DNA of 64,000 bases from Octopus sinensis (lineage: Eukaryota): the NCBI RefSeq assembly GCF_006345805.1, contig NC_043000.1:50716001-50780000 (forward strand). Direction: 5' to 3'. The position numbers were made by a program, and so were the translations under genes. The notes beneath the pieces are model-generated. The model made no database searches, had not been told where the DNA came from, and saw nothing but the letters and a program-made list of their open reading frames with translations. Positions 23,791 through 36,859 of the stretch are shown here, in pieces (within the stretch, counting starts at the first letter, position 1; every line of letters begins with the position of its first letter).

Positions 23791-25609
23791 TAGCCAAGAG
23801 TTGACAGAGCATTGGATAAGTTGTCTTAAAGTATCTATTCCAGCTCTAAGAATACTGAGCTCAAGTCCTGCCTCATCACCAGAAAATGGTGAGTCTTCTG
23901 TCAAGAGTTGCAAGCAATAAAAAGTGTCAACAGTTTGAAAAACCAATGCAAACACCGTTTCATTGATGCAGTTAGCAGATGGATTTCTGCACCACTCATT
24001 AAAGTTATTTGCTTTCATTTGTCATTCAGATTCGGGGATTTTTACTATTAAATGATATAACATGTTTGATGTATTAAAATGTTTCACTTATTGTTCTTGA
24101 ATTAAGTTTGGCAAAAGAACTTTTAATAAGCAAAAACTTTTTAAATAACTAATAACTTAATAACCAGAACTTACATTCAATTTTGCCTTTCTACCTTAGA
24201 AATTTTCAAAGTTTTGGATGAAAAATTACACTTTAAATGTTTCAAGACTGTCATAAAAATTTTTAAATGGTAAAATGTACATATTACATCTTAGCCAGCA
24301 CTATTTATGTTACAAGTACACTCCTCATGAATAATTTTTATGGCTTGAAATTCCAAGACTAAATGTGACTGACTCTCTTAAAAAACTGAATTATTGATAT
24401 TAAATCTTAGAAAAATCAGTTTTTAACTCAGAATATCTCTTTGTTTGGAGAGTTCTAAGATTAGTAGTATTAATTAACATTCTGTTATAGCAACTAACTC
24501 AATGTGAAAATATTGCATAGTAGTTCCTACTTTACCCATTTTCTGATCATCCAAATGCAGCAGTGGTTGAACCTATGTTAATTCTTTGTTGATTACATGT
24601 AGCATTAAATGATTGAATTTTTTTGCCTCTCTGAAACCAGTTCTGAGTAATGGAAACAGTCATTACTTTTGCATATGTTTCTCTGCACTGCAACCCCATG
24701 TTATAAATGCTCATAATTTAGTAACTCCTGGAAAAGTTTTCAAAAGATTCTGCTATGCAACTAGAATAAATAACCTAAAAGTTGTCCCAAGGCCATCTAA
24801 AAGGCATTTACCCACAGATGAAAATTATACAAAATGGTCATCATTTGAGCAAAAACTGCCTTTGTGTAAATATGTGCATAAACATTCTCACTGTTTCTGT
24901 ACTGCAGAGATGTATTATTTTTACCTCTCAAGAAAAAGAATTTCATCAAACCTGCTTTTTAAATCTAAAGATCTGTACTAAATATTTCTTAATTCTTTTT
25001 CCTCCTGGAGCACGTTTCTTTGAAATTACTATCCTAGCTCATATTTCTCTTATGTTTTTTATCATGAATAGAAATAGAACATATGTATTGATAGCTTAGG
25101 TTTGAAGCACTGCTCTCTTCTCCTACTGAGACAAATTCGTAAAGTGTGGTGGTGGTGAAGGAATTTCCCTAAATATGTTTAATGATATAAAGATATGTAT
25201 ATGTACTCAATTATAAAGCTGCTTTTAGTGGAAAAGCTACAATGAGAATTATGCATTATTGGAAATATATTTAAAATTTAATTAGATTTTATCGCTGGCC
25301 AATTGAGAAATATATTTTGGTTAAAACATTTAATGAGACTATCTTTAGTGCACGATAATTTCTAAATTTACTTGAATAAATTTTCTTTTGAAGAATGTAG
25401 GTTTATAGCTTTATGATCTTGATATCTCAAGGCCATGAATCTTGATTTTTTTTGTTGTGTGTGTGTATGTGTGCACAGTAGATTTTAAATCTGAAATCTT
25501 TTAGAAATATCTGAATATTTAGAATTGTTAATTAATGCCTCAGCAAAGTCAGATGACCAAGTGCAAAGATTAAGTTATTAAAAGGAAGGTGAGTTCAGGA
25601 TGAGATGTA

Positions 25610-25950
25610 AAGGTGGAGTACATCAGGCTTGAGTTTCCTTCTTCAAGCCACCTATGATGTACTGCCATACCCATGCAAACTGTTGAGATGGAAAATAGCA
25701 AATGATGACAAGTATAGATGTGTTCAGCTGAAACGTTGTGTTAACAACAAACAAGATAAGGACAAATATCCTTCAATTGTAAATAATGAATTTTGATTCA
25801 GTCCAGGTTAGGAGAGATGAGCATTATGAGATGCTACTGGATGACTGTATAAATGCTGGTTGAAATGCAGTAAACAATCCTGCAGAAGTTGGATGTAGGG
25901 GTTTTATTGGGACCAGACTGAGATGGTGGCTGTTATCAATTGCTATCTAA
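25610..25950 (+). mobile_element. HERO/NeSL-like REL LINE remnant, internally deleted and interrupted
   Basis: SFLLQATYDVLPYPCKLLRWKIANDDKYRC from 25632 and HYEMLLDDCINAG*NAVNNPAEVGCRGFIG from about 25820. Confidence 0.7.
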
Positions 25951-27370
25951 TATTGGCAAGCAAGTGCCATTTTGAAGGAGTACCAGGTGACAGGTGAGAG
26001 GACCAACTATTAGATATGGGTGAAAAGGAATGACAAAACCTGGCTGGAAAGGTGATGATCCCAAAATGAACTTGAAGTTGAATACTATTCAGTCAAAGCA
26101 GTAGGTAGGAGCCTCACATTATTGAGTGGAGCTGGTGCACTGTAAGGCTGTGAAGAGGAAGGCTCCAAAATGGTGTGCATTCTTTGCTGATAATCCTTGA
26201 AACCCTCTAACATCTACTATGTGAAGTTTTTGAATAACTGCACTTGCATTAGGAAGCTGTTTCCAAGTCTCTTTATTTTGTTATTTTTGTAAAGGCTTTT
26301 GCATCTTGGATTATGAAATCCCATTCTATAAAATGTATTGTAAACTAAAATTTCAAGTGATCCCAGTAGCTTTCATAGAATGCAAGTTTTGCTATTTCAT
26401 AATGAAAAACTGCAATTTAGTTTATTGAATTGGACTAGCATTTAATTCACTTTATTCAATATTAAACTATAGACAAACATGTAGTTAAAATTTTTTATCT
26501 GCAATTTCTCAATTTCTTGAAATTAACATTCCTTTCAGCAATCAAGACTGAAGTATCTCTTTAAATTACTAAATGTTTGTAAATAAAATAGCTTTTAATA
26601 ATAAGATCTAATAATAATAATAAAAAAGATTATGCTAAAAGCAAAAGACACAAAAATAATAACATTCTGCAAAGTTTATCTACATGTCATAAGAATCAAA
26701 ATGTGTGGAAATTAGTTTTAGTAAAATATATTTTTAACTATAATCCCTTGGCTAATGAAATGGTTTTTTTGTGGCTGTTGTCAGGTGTCCCCTGTTATTA
26801 CAGTTGTATCCTACAAGCAAGTGTGTTTTGTTGATATAACCCCTTTTAAGGTCTGTTTGTAAGTTTTTTGTCCAGCAGTCTTATTTACTCAAACCATGCA
26901 TATATGTATCATTTTCTTCTAGAATGCAATAAATAATAATTGCTTGTCATTGCATAATTATAAATTAATAGTATAAAAAGATAGAATGAAAAACATGCAT
27001 CATTAATTTGATTATAAATTTTGGTATATTTCCAGCTTTTGTTTAATAATTTCCATAGAATTTTATTTGTTTCTTGTTTGTTTTTGTTTTCTTGTGGAAA
27101 ATAGCTGTTAAACAAATGTTGATTTCTTACAGAGACAGAAAACTAATTGTTTTTGAGAGGACAATACTCTACTGGATATTTATACCCTAGTATAATACCA
27201 GTATTTATTTTATCAATGTCAAGAGATGAGCAAATTTATTTTGTTGTGTACTCTACTATCTGATATCGACTTGATTATGAAAATGATATTTTCAAAATCT
27301 AATCAAGTTTATCAAGTTTTAAAGCTATTTTAAAAAATTATTCTAAAATGAATTACTGTTTAAAAACAGA

Positions 27371-27907
27371 TAGGCATATATATGACTGCGTGGTAAGAAG
27401 TTTGCTTATCAACCACATGGTTCTGAGTTCAGTCTCATTATGTGGCTCCTTGGGCAAGTGTCTTCTACTATAGCTCAAGGACTTTAAGAGCCTTGTGAGT
27501 GGATTTGGTGAATGGAAACTGAAAGAAGCCCATCATGTATATATATGACTAAATATTTAAGTGTTGGTTACGTTCCTAGTAGTAAGCCGATGAAGTACAT
27601 TCACTGCCTATGACTACCTGATGTCATCCACAGTATTTTACACAGTTGTCGCTGGATCTACCTCAGGCATTCCTCAGTGTATGTTTGTTTTATATATGTG
27701 TGTGTGCTTTTATTTCCCATCCCACTGCTTAACCAGTGGTGTTGGTTTATGTCCCCTGTGAACTAGCAGTTCAGTAAAAGACTGATGGAATAAGTACCAA
27801 AAAAAGGAAAATAAATACTGGGGTTGATTCATTTCATTAAATCATTCAAAGTGGTGCACCAGCATGGCCACATTTCAATAACTGAAACAAATAAGAGATA
27901 AAAGATA
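27371..27907 (+). mobile_element. Family A CORE-SINE with ~145-bp insertion at its microsatellite
   Basis: 5' half to about 27545, unrelated 27546-27690, 3' half 27690-27907. Confidence 0.75.
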
Positions 27908-28297
27908 CATGTAAAAGTAGAGAACATTTATCAACTATCAGAAGTATGATGATATCTGAGTTATAAACTTACACTCATTAAAAATATAAAGTAGTTGGTT
28001 ATTTTCAAATGGTCTCTGTATGTCATAGAAAATTATATGAAAATCAAAATGATTTTGAGTTGCTGATATCTACTTAGAACTGTTCTTAGTGTTGTTCCTT
28101 TTTTTTTTTTTTTTTTCTTTTTAGCTATTCCTTTATAAAGAAACTGAATTAAATTGGAATTGTGCTATTTCTTAAGAACTATTGTATGTTTTAGGAGACA
28201 TGAGAAGATATAAGTATTTTCTTAAAGTGGTTTAAAAAACTATAGCCCACAACACATTGCAAAAAAAAAAAAAACATAGCTGACTCTCATTTGGCAT

Positions 28298-28695
28298 TCT
28301 TTTATTCTTTTACATGTTTCAGTCATTTGACTATGGCCATGCTAGAGCACCACCTTAAAGGGTTTTAGTCAAACAAATACACCCCAGGGGACTTGTTCTT
28401 TGTAAGCCTAGTACTTATTCTGTTGGCCTCTTTTGCTGAATCGCTAAGTTATGGGGACATAAACACACCAACATCAGTTGTCAAGTGATGGTGGTGGGCA
28501 CAAACACAAACACACACATAAATATGTATATATACATATGCATATATGATGGGCTTCTTTCAGTTTCTGTCTACCAAATCTGCTCACAAGGCTTTGGTTG
28601 ATCTGAGGTTATAGAAGACACTTGACCAAAGTGCCACATAGTGGGACTGAACCTGGAAACATGTAGTTGGGAAGCAAGCTTCTTACCACACCACC
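28298..28695 (-). mobile_element. Full-length family A CORE-SINE, reverse
   Basis: Reverse complement of tail, microsatellite, CORE and head. Confidence 0.85.
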
Positions 28696-29074
28696 ATATA
28701 TATATATATAGTAAAGAACTAGTAAAAGCTTTTGCTTAAATGTTGTATATTAAAATAAACCACTCAAGACAGAAGAAATTGTTATGAATCAACAGGAGCC
28801 ACATTGACATAAAAAGAATATCCATTTTAATTCAGTTTTATAAACTAAACTGTTTTGAATAGAAATTTAAAGTACGCTTTTTGTAAGAAAACCTCAGGTG
28901 ATAATAGATTATTGCTCTCACTCTACTCATATTTTTCTGACATCATCTGTGCTCTAAAAGAAGATTGATATGAGGCTTGGTATTGTTGAAACTGTTGAAA
29001 GAACTTTAGGCATTGTACTATTATGATCTGGAATGCTGCAAGCAGACACATATTTTTTTATTGTAAAGGTCATC

Positions 29075-29437
29075 AGTGTTTGTGTGGTAAGTAGCTTGCT
29101 TATCAACTACATGGTTCTGGATTCAGTCCCACTGTGTGGAACCTTGGGCAAGTGTCTTGTGAGTGGATTTCGTAGATGGAAACTGAAAGAATCCCATTGT
29201 ATAATATATATGTGTGTGTGTGTATGTTTGTGTCTGTGTTTGTCCCCACCATCATCGCTTGATAACCGATGTTGGTGTGTTTTCGTCCCCATAACTTAGC
29301 GATTCGGCAAAAGGGACCTATAGAATAAGTACTAGGCTTGCAAAGAATAAGTCCTTGGGTGTATTTATTCGACTAAAGGTGGTACTCCAGCATGGTGGTG
29401 GTCAAATGACTGAAACAAGTAGAAGAGTAAAAGAGTA
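29075..29437 (+). mobile_element. Near full-length family A CORE-SINE
   Basis: Head, CORE, microsatellite and tail as at 416-827. Confidence 0.85.
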
Positions 29438-30235
29438 TATGTTTATGCAATATGTGTGGATTTAATAATGTTGAGAAAAGAATTAAAATCAATAGCAAGC
29501 GATTTTTAAAAAATCATAGCCAGCAGTTCAAAATTTATATCCAACTCTCTTATCCAATATTAAAAATGTTTAAGCTAGCATAAATAATTCTTTGTAAATG
29601 CTAAATTCAGTTGTTTTAGGGAAGACGAACTTACCAATCCCTGATCTTGTGAAATTTTTGCTGTGTAGATTGCAAATATTGTATTTTAGATAGTTGAGTT
29701 CTTTTACAGATCTCAAATTTTATTTCAGGTGATAAGAATTTTCTGTCACTCTAAAATTGAAATAAAATCATAACAGAATCATCATCCAATATCTCCAATA
29801 GTGTTAAGTTCCACTTTTAAACACTTTCCAGAGAAAATTGTTTGTCTGATAAACAAAATTTCTCTCACTGCCAGATATTGACTTCTCACAATATTGTGAT
29901 GGATCAAAACTTGTCAGCTAAAGATGTGTGATGTTGAGAAATATATGAAGACATATATCTCAAGTCTCCTTTGTAGCTATTATGAAAATACTTATCACTC
30001 TATAAGTTAGAAAGTGACACAAGAAAAATAATTGATAGAGATAGCAATGTAGTAAGATTACAGAGCCAAAATTACATTAGCCCATGCAGTATCAATGAGA
30101 ATACTCATGGTGAGGTGTGAAGTTGAATTAATTTCAACTTGTGACATCAAAGTTCAGATTAAGATATGAAATATTTGTACTTTATCATGAAAGAGATTGT
30201 CAGAATTTTCTGTCAGTAATATTTATGATGGAAAC

Positions 30236-30449
30236 AAGGTGGTGAGCTGGCAGAAACATTAGCAAGCTGGGCGAAATGCTTAGTAGAATTTTGTTTGTCT
30301 TTATGTTCTGAATTCAAATTCTGCTGAGGTCGACTTTGCCTTTCATCCTTTCGGGGTAAATAAATTAAGTACTAGTTGCATACTGGGGTCAATCTAATCA
30401 ACTGTCCCCCTCCCCCAAAATTTCAGTCCTTGTGCCTAAAGTAGGAAAG
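30236..30449 (+). mobile_element. Full-length Nin/Deu-domain SINE with 18-bp TSD
   Basis: Perfect direct repeat aatatttatgatggaaac at 30218-30235 and 30450-30467; gaggtcgactttgcctttcatcctttcgggg domain. Confidence 0.9.
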
Positions 30450-30937
30450 AATATTTATGATGGAAACTTTAGTCAACTTAGACATATTTTCAGACAAATA
30501 CCTGAAGTATAAACTGTCAAACACTGAGTGTCAAAAATATCTATAAAATGAAATGGCGAGAGCTCATCTGCACATCCTTTAGTAACCATAACACCTGATT
30601 ACCTGAATGAATAAAACTACCTGAATAAATAAACTAAAGACAACTTAAAGTGCAACATTCTAATGGAAACAAAGACTATGTAGTACTTAGAAATTTAGTA
30701 AAAAAACAAACAAAACCATCATTATTGCTTCTCAGGACATGCCCATATGATGTTTGTGTTTGTATGGGGAGAGAGTCAGGTATCCTTGACCTGGAGACCT
30801 GGCCCAAATGCTTGCAACATAGTGGGACTTTAAGAATGGCAAACTGGATACGTTGCAGTATTTGTCCAGCTCTTACCATTCTGAGTTCTAATTCTACTGT
30901 GGTTCTATGTAAGCATAGTGTTGTAGTATTAATTCAC

Positions 30938-31050
30938 CTCCAGATTTAACGCAACAAGGCTATATTTCTGGGTTGGCGATACTTTTCTCCATTTCTCCCA
31001 CCATTCTTGGAGGCGCTGCAGCAGATCATGGGCCCTGCCATTCTTCATAA
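30938..31050 (-). CDS. Candidate internal coding exon of an unidentified gene
   Basis: ctttcatgttttag acceptor, GAG|gtgaat donor, 113 nt, 48% GC by hand count, single open frame xMKNGRAHDLLQRLQEWWEKWRKVSPTQKYSLVALNLE; no protein recognised. Confidence 0.3.
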
Positions 31051-31554
31051 CTAAAACATGAAAGAAGGCAGATAGAAATGTATCAAAAGAAAATTGTAGC
31101 AAAACAGATGGTAAAAATTTCTCATGCTGTTTAATTATTAAAAAGAATTCTGAATCAAACTGAATCAAGTGTGCATGTGTGTGTTTTTATATATATATAT
31201 ACATGCATGTGCACGCACACACATACACACACATATGCCAGTTCACAGATACATATATAGCTGATTATACAAGCAGAAATAATAATAAATATATGCAAAA
31301 ATACATGCCCACATGATTAGAAATAGAATGGGTTTGTAAGTTCTTGAAGCGTTGTAGAATTTTTTCCCTATGATAATTAAGAGGTACATATTGATAAGAA
31401 TAAAATTGGTATACATTATGAGAAATCAGTGCACAGATGTAGATATCACTAATGAGAAAATGCAAGGATCTTCCTGGGTTAAAAACTGGCCCCTTCTTCA
31501 TTGGTGAGAATTTCAAAAAATAAAATGAGGAAAATATATTTATAGATACAGGCA

Positions 31555-31686
31555 TTGCTATATGATGAGAAGTTTACTTTCCAGCAACATGGTTCTGGGT
31601 TCAATCCCGCTGCATGGCACCTTATTCAACCGAGGCCTTGTGAGTGAATTCAGTAGATGGAAACTGAAAGAAGTCTATTGTGTGCA

Positions 31687-31724
<38 letters not shown>

Positions 31725-31925
31725 TTTTTCTGTGTTTGTCCACCACCTTTTGACAACAGATGTTGGTGTGTTTACGTCCCTGTAACTTAGCTGTTCAGCA
31801 TAAAAGTCCAATAGAATAAATATCAAGTTTATGAAAAAGAAATTATTGGAGTTAATTTATTCAACTAAATTTCTTCCAGTTTGGTCACAGTCTAATGACT
31901 GAAATAAGTAAAAGATAAAAGAAGA
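31555..31925 (+). mobile_element. Family A CORE-SINE (internally deleted)
   Basis: Head, (TG)n, 3' half and tail. Confidence 0.75.
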
Positions 31926-31975
31926 TACGTGCATTGCATACAATCATACACACACACACACACACATACCTGTAC

Positions 31976-32008
<33 letters not shown>

Positions 32009-34924
32009 CTGCACACATGTTTGTATTTTAAATGATTCTGAGTTTAATTGATATGGGGGAAATTTAACATTCATTCTTCAAAAATAAGTAATGTGATTAT
32101 AACTGTTTACCAATAGTAAATACATTCAAATGAATCTTACTATAAGGGAATTTCTGTTTATATGGAAAACTAATGCTTCTGCTACTATTTCTGATGTTAT
32201 TTATTGTTCAAGTATATACAATTACGTGTTACAATTCTACTGCTGTTGGTAGTTAAATATGGCTGTTAATTGCCATCTGTATTAATTCTTCTGCCAATTT
32301 TTATTGTTATTGCTATTCTCATAGGAAGCAAGGTTTTCATTCCTCGCTTAATGAATTGGTAAAAAACTATAAATGTCATGAAATTAAATTTCGTATCTCC
32401 TAAAAATGAAACTATTGGGATTTACTTTATCAGTTAAACTATGTTTCTAATTTTTATTACAGAAATTGAATATATTTATAACTATAAACCAACATAAAAG
32501 CCCAACCTATCCAAATGTGCAAATAAAGAATTTGTTAAATGTGGTATAACAATTTAAATTATTTCAAATATTTTGTGGGGATATTTCAGATTAAGTAGAC
32601 TATTAATTGGAAAGTAGAAGCATGTGCAAGACATTGAGCAATACAGTATTTATTGTTATGCTTACATCCATTTTTGCCAAGAGGAAATGGTAAATATATT
32701 TGTGCAACATTTCTGAAATAACCAACCATGAAGAAAGCAAAACTATGTTGTAATTATTTGTTGGACATCTTCCTAGTTATTATCAAATCTTTGATAAGAA
32801 TAGATATATCTAAAGTCCAGTTTTGGTTATTGTAATTGGTTCATTTGGTATATTATTATTATTATTACAAAATAAAAAATACAAGTAAAAAATCTCAGAA
32901 TGTAAGTTCCAATAAGACATAATAAAAACAACTCATCTATCTGTTCATTATAGAACTACAAGAGATACTAAATTAGATTTCTTCAACAATAATTTTGGAA
33001 TGGTATTTTGGATTAATTTTATCAAATAAAGAGTAAATGAGTGAATTCAGAATTGCTAAATCTTTTACAAAATGCATTTCTCAGCTTCCTTTATTTTAGT
33101 ATTATTCTTTAAATAATACTGAATTCTTATATAATTGAAGTTTTACATTTATATGGCCAAGCAATGTTGTAATAACATCCCTTCTTCTTAGGATATTATT
33201 CATGTAATTAAGTTGACTTCAACTGAAAAATGGAATCTAGAATTTGCCTATAATTTACTTTTTTATCATCATCATCATCATCATCGCACTGTATAATGAA
33301 CAAAAACGCCTGTCTATCCATAGAACTTTAGGTTAGCAGAATGGAGAGTCATATTCACAAGTATACAAGTGTTCATTTTATTTGTTATGATTTAGCTGAA
33401 GTCAGTAGAACTGTTAATATGTAATATGCAGTCCAGGAAGAGAATTATCTCCTAACAGTTTAACAATATGATGCGTTAGAAGTTCAAACATATTTTCCTT
33501 TCATAAGAGACCTCAGATGATCATAGCATTCCCTAGAATCTATGATAAAAGGTGCTTCCAAACTATCCTCAATGAAAAATACCTTCTAATAAAAATCTAA
33601 CCTAGCGTCTTTGTTTTTTATTTGTTATTGTTTGCACAGTTGCATTACTGAGTACAAGTTCATTGGATTTACATGTGCTACATTCCTACAAAGGACAAAA
33701 GTTGTGTTTCACCTTTGCTGTTAAGCTATTTTTTAATTTTAAATAATGGTTAAAAGGTATTTTTCTTGAGAATTGATTGTTACAGATATGTAAACCATTC
33801 AGGTAAACCAATTCAGAAACATCCTGTTAAAGGGAGGACACATTGGATAATGTAGTTCTAAATACACTATGTTTGAAGGATTAAATATTGGATGATCATG
33901 ACTCAGTTGGATATGAGTTAAGATTATGGTAAAATAAAAAAAAGTATGATAGTCTTGGCTCTCTCAGATCTTAATAAAGATTATAAAACAAAAACAACAA
34001 ACAATTCTGAAATTAATGAATTTTCATTAACTGTAAGTAATCGCTAAAATTTTGCCATGAACACACTATTTAAGTGGGCACTTAATGATAAGATAATAAT
34101 ATATTCCATTACGTTTTAAAATGCATCACAATTTAAATATAATAAAATAATGTTTAGAAATTTTGATCAAATTTTCTTCAGACAGCTTCCATTCAATATT
34201 CAAATGTCTACTTTTACATTTCAATTGAGATTGGATCAGTATATTTAAGTAATCTCTTTCTTATTTACCTGATAGATTTTCACTTGTTAACACCTTGAAA
34301 CATTAGCTTTATTACCTCCTCCCATTCGAATTCCTTTCCTCCTACTATTCTCTTTCCATTAAGCTATAAAGGTAGATAACAACACGTTGATTATCCTGTT
34401 TCACTTCAGTTATTCACTTTTTTGTTATGCAGCCATCTCAATTTATTGCATTGACGCTTCACTTTTAGATTACATTGCCTCTCTGTCCAGCTCTCAATCA
34501 TTATCCCTTTATAATTTTATGACTTCTTTCACACAGTTTTCATTCAGCATGTCAGCTGTTTGAGTTGTCTAATGAAGAAGATGCTGATATAACAACTGTG
34601 ATCGTAAATTCAAATTCTAACACGTTCTTATTGTTGTTATATATACTAAACAGTCTACATGTAAATGAACACTACTGTAGTTAAGAAATTTGTATAGAAA
34701 CCATATAACTTTGGTTCAATTTCATCTGGCAGTACTTTGGCTAAATATCGCCTTCATAGCTTACAATGACTAATGGGTGGAATTTTGTAGCCTTAAACTG
34801 TTGTGTATATATTTGTGTATGTGTGTGTGTGCTTGCATGTGTATACATGAGTGAGCATATATGTGTGTGTGTATGTATATGTGTGTTTGTGTGTGTGTCA
34901 CCATGATAGATCGGTAGCCAATAT

Positions 34925-35085
34925 ACGAATTTTTTCTCTCTCCTTGTTTTTTTCTGTGTCTCTTTCTGTAGAAGAGCGTAGGCTCGAAACGTAAAAGACT
35001 TTCTCTATTTCTGAGCTCTATACTAATACATCTGTTTGTTTTGCACACCACCTGTCTTCATCTTTTGTTTTTTCGTGAACTATCC

Positions 35086-35090
<5 letters not shown>
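34925..35090 (+). repeat. Penelope-like terminal repeat
   Basis: Contains the gaagagcgtaggctcgaaacgt hammerhead-type motif and a pyrimidine-rich flank. Confidence 0.5.
34961..34998 (+). ncRNA. Minimal type-I hammerhead-ribozyme-like motif (U6 core variant)
   Basis: Helix I TCTTT/AAAGA, core CUGUAGA, helix II GAGC-GTAG-GCTC, GAA, loopless palindromic helix III ACGT, GUA cleavage triplet. Confidence 0.65.
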
Positions 35091-35119
<29 letters not shown>

Positions 35120-36859
35120 CCTCCACTACTAAAGGTTGACCATGTATGTATGAGTTTGGGCAAGATTATTTTGAGGAAGACTGTTAGATGACCAGTTGGC
35201 CATGCACTCATCTCTTCCCTTCCATTCCACCAACATTTTTTCAAGTAAAATGTTGAGGACTAGGGCATCAGTGTCATCACATATGCTGCTGTCAGAATGC
35301 AAAGAACCAGAAGAGATACTGCAAGGTATAGCTCACTCTCCAGCATCTCTGCTAATCCACATTTTTTATTGACGCTTAAAGGGTGAAAGGCAAAGTTGCT
35401 CTTGGTTGCAGTTCAACTCAGAGTACACAGAGTTACAATATATATAGTGAGATGTGCCATCCAACACTGTAGTTCACTCTGTTGATTTACTGTTCAGTAT
35501 GATGTTTGGAAAAATGGAATCAAGTTCTTTTATGTTCATTTATATGCTTCAGCCCTAAAGCTGAGGTGAAAATTCTTTGCATAAGAATTTTAAAGGATGT
35601 ATTGGGAACATAAACTTATGTTGTATTCTAGTTTATGTTGCTATTTGAAAAGAAGGATAGGTATTCATTAAACTATAGGTAAGTGGAATGAATAGATTAA
35701 GCTATTTACATTGTAACTTTACTAATTGACCTATATAGCTGATTTAATGTATCTATTTTGTATGTTTTGTGTCTCCATGAGAAGCAGCTTATCTGTTTAA
35801 GATTGTTTTCTTTTTTGTAGTTTTGATAAAGAGTATTTCATAAGTCTTGGTTGCATACAAGTTTCAGGGGTTTTGTTTATTTTCCATTATAAGATTTAGC
35901 TCTAGAGATCATGTTTCATGTCATATTCTAATGTATATCCTTTTAAAATCCTAAATGAATCTAAAATGTGAAGTATCTTTTGTTCTGAATGCATGCATGT
36001 TTGTTGATTGTAATGATGCTAAATGGATATCAAGTGTCTTGTATATGCATTAGTGTTATTAGTCTCTATGGTAAATTGGTAAGCTATATACTTAACTAAG
36101 CAGTTAGTAAGCAATTGCCACTATTTGACAGTTTTACTGTCATATAGTGGCAGTCGCTACTAGTTTAGTTAGTTGTAGACTAACAGTTTAGACAAGCTAT
36201 TTGAGGCAATTGTGTTGACAGTGTTGGTTCTGGTACAGTGTAAGACCGTACCTGTTTTTCTTAAAGATTTTATAGTATTATGTTGTGTAGAGAAGTTTTG
36301 GAGTTGCAACCAATATTAACGTATTGTGTAACATTGCTTTTCCTTTCTTGTATATTATAGATCTAGTAATTTCTCCATGGCATGAATTTTTCTTTAATTC
36401 AGATTTTGGAAAGAGTATAATTTCAGTATTTAAAGGAATCTGCATGAATTTGTAAGCCAAGAGGTTTGACAGTCTAAATGACCTTATAGAGATGTACCTC
36501 TTACTTAATTTAAAAGCAAATTTCCTCCAGGTTGAAGGTGTCCCCATAGAGAAAATTGCAGATTAGTTCTGAACAATTTTAATCTACAATAAATAAATAA
36601 ACTACAAAGAAAATTTATACCTCCCTTTAAAAGTCTGTTACATAATATCACTACTATCACAAATACTGAATTTGCTAATATTTTTAATGTAACCCTAAAT
36701 ATAAATAACTTCTCTATTACCTTTACTGCAAGCCATATGAAGCTTTTGATTTCATCAATGAATTATTAAACCACCTCAAAATATATTATAACTTAATTGA
36801 AAATATCTCCCTAGGGTGATCAAACCTCTCAGTTAACATACTCAATTTTCATGGATTAC

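Noticed and set aside
23758-24018. 86-aa minus ORF / opposite-strand exon candidate
   Set aside because: Both strands give equally plausible peptides, the ORF end overlaps a SINE remnant, and no motif is recognised
24613-25099. 122-aa and 105-aa overlapping plus ORFs
   Set aside because: AT-rich, TTG-initiated, no recognisable motif or splice support
31000-31040. In-frame TGA read as selenocysteine in the alternative frame (YEEWQGP*SAAA)
   Set aside because: No known selenoprotein motif and no SECIS identified
34270-34370. RIVGG serine-protease-like motif on the minus strand
   Set aside because: Five-residue chance match in a purine-rich stretch, closed by a stop with no protease continuation
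34564-34596. Further hammerhead-like remnant (gttgt-CTAATGA...acaac)
   Set aside because: Core, helix II and GAAA are all mutated; indistinguishable from chance without a consensus
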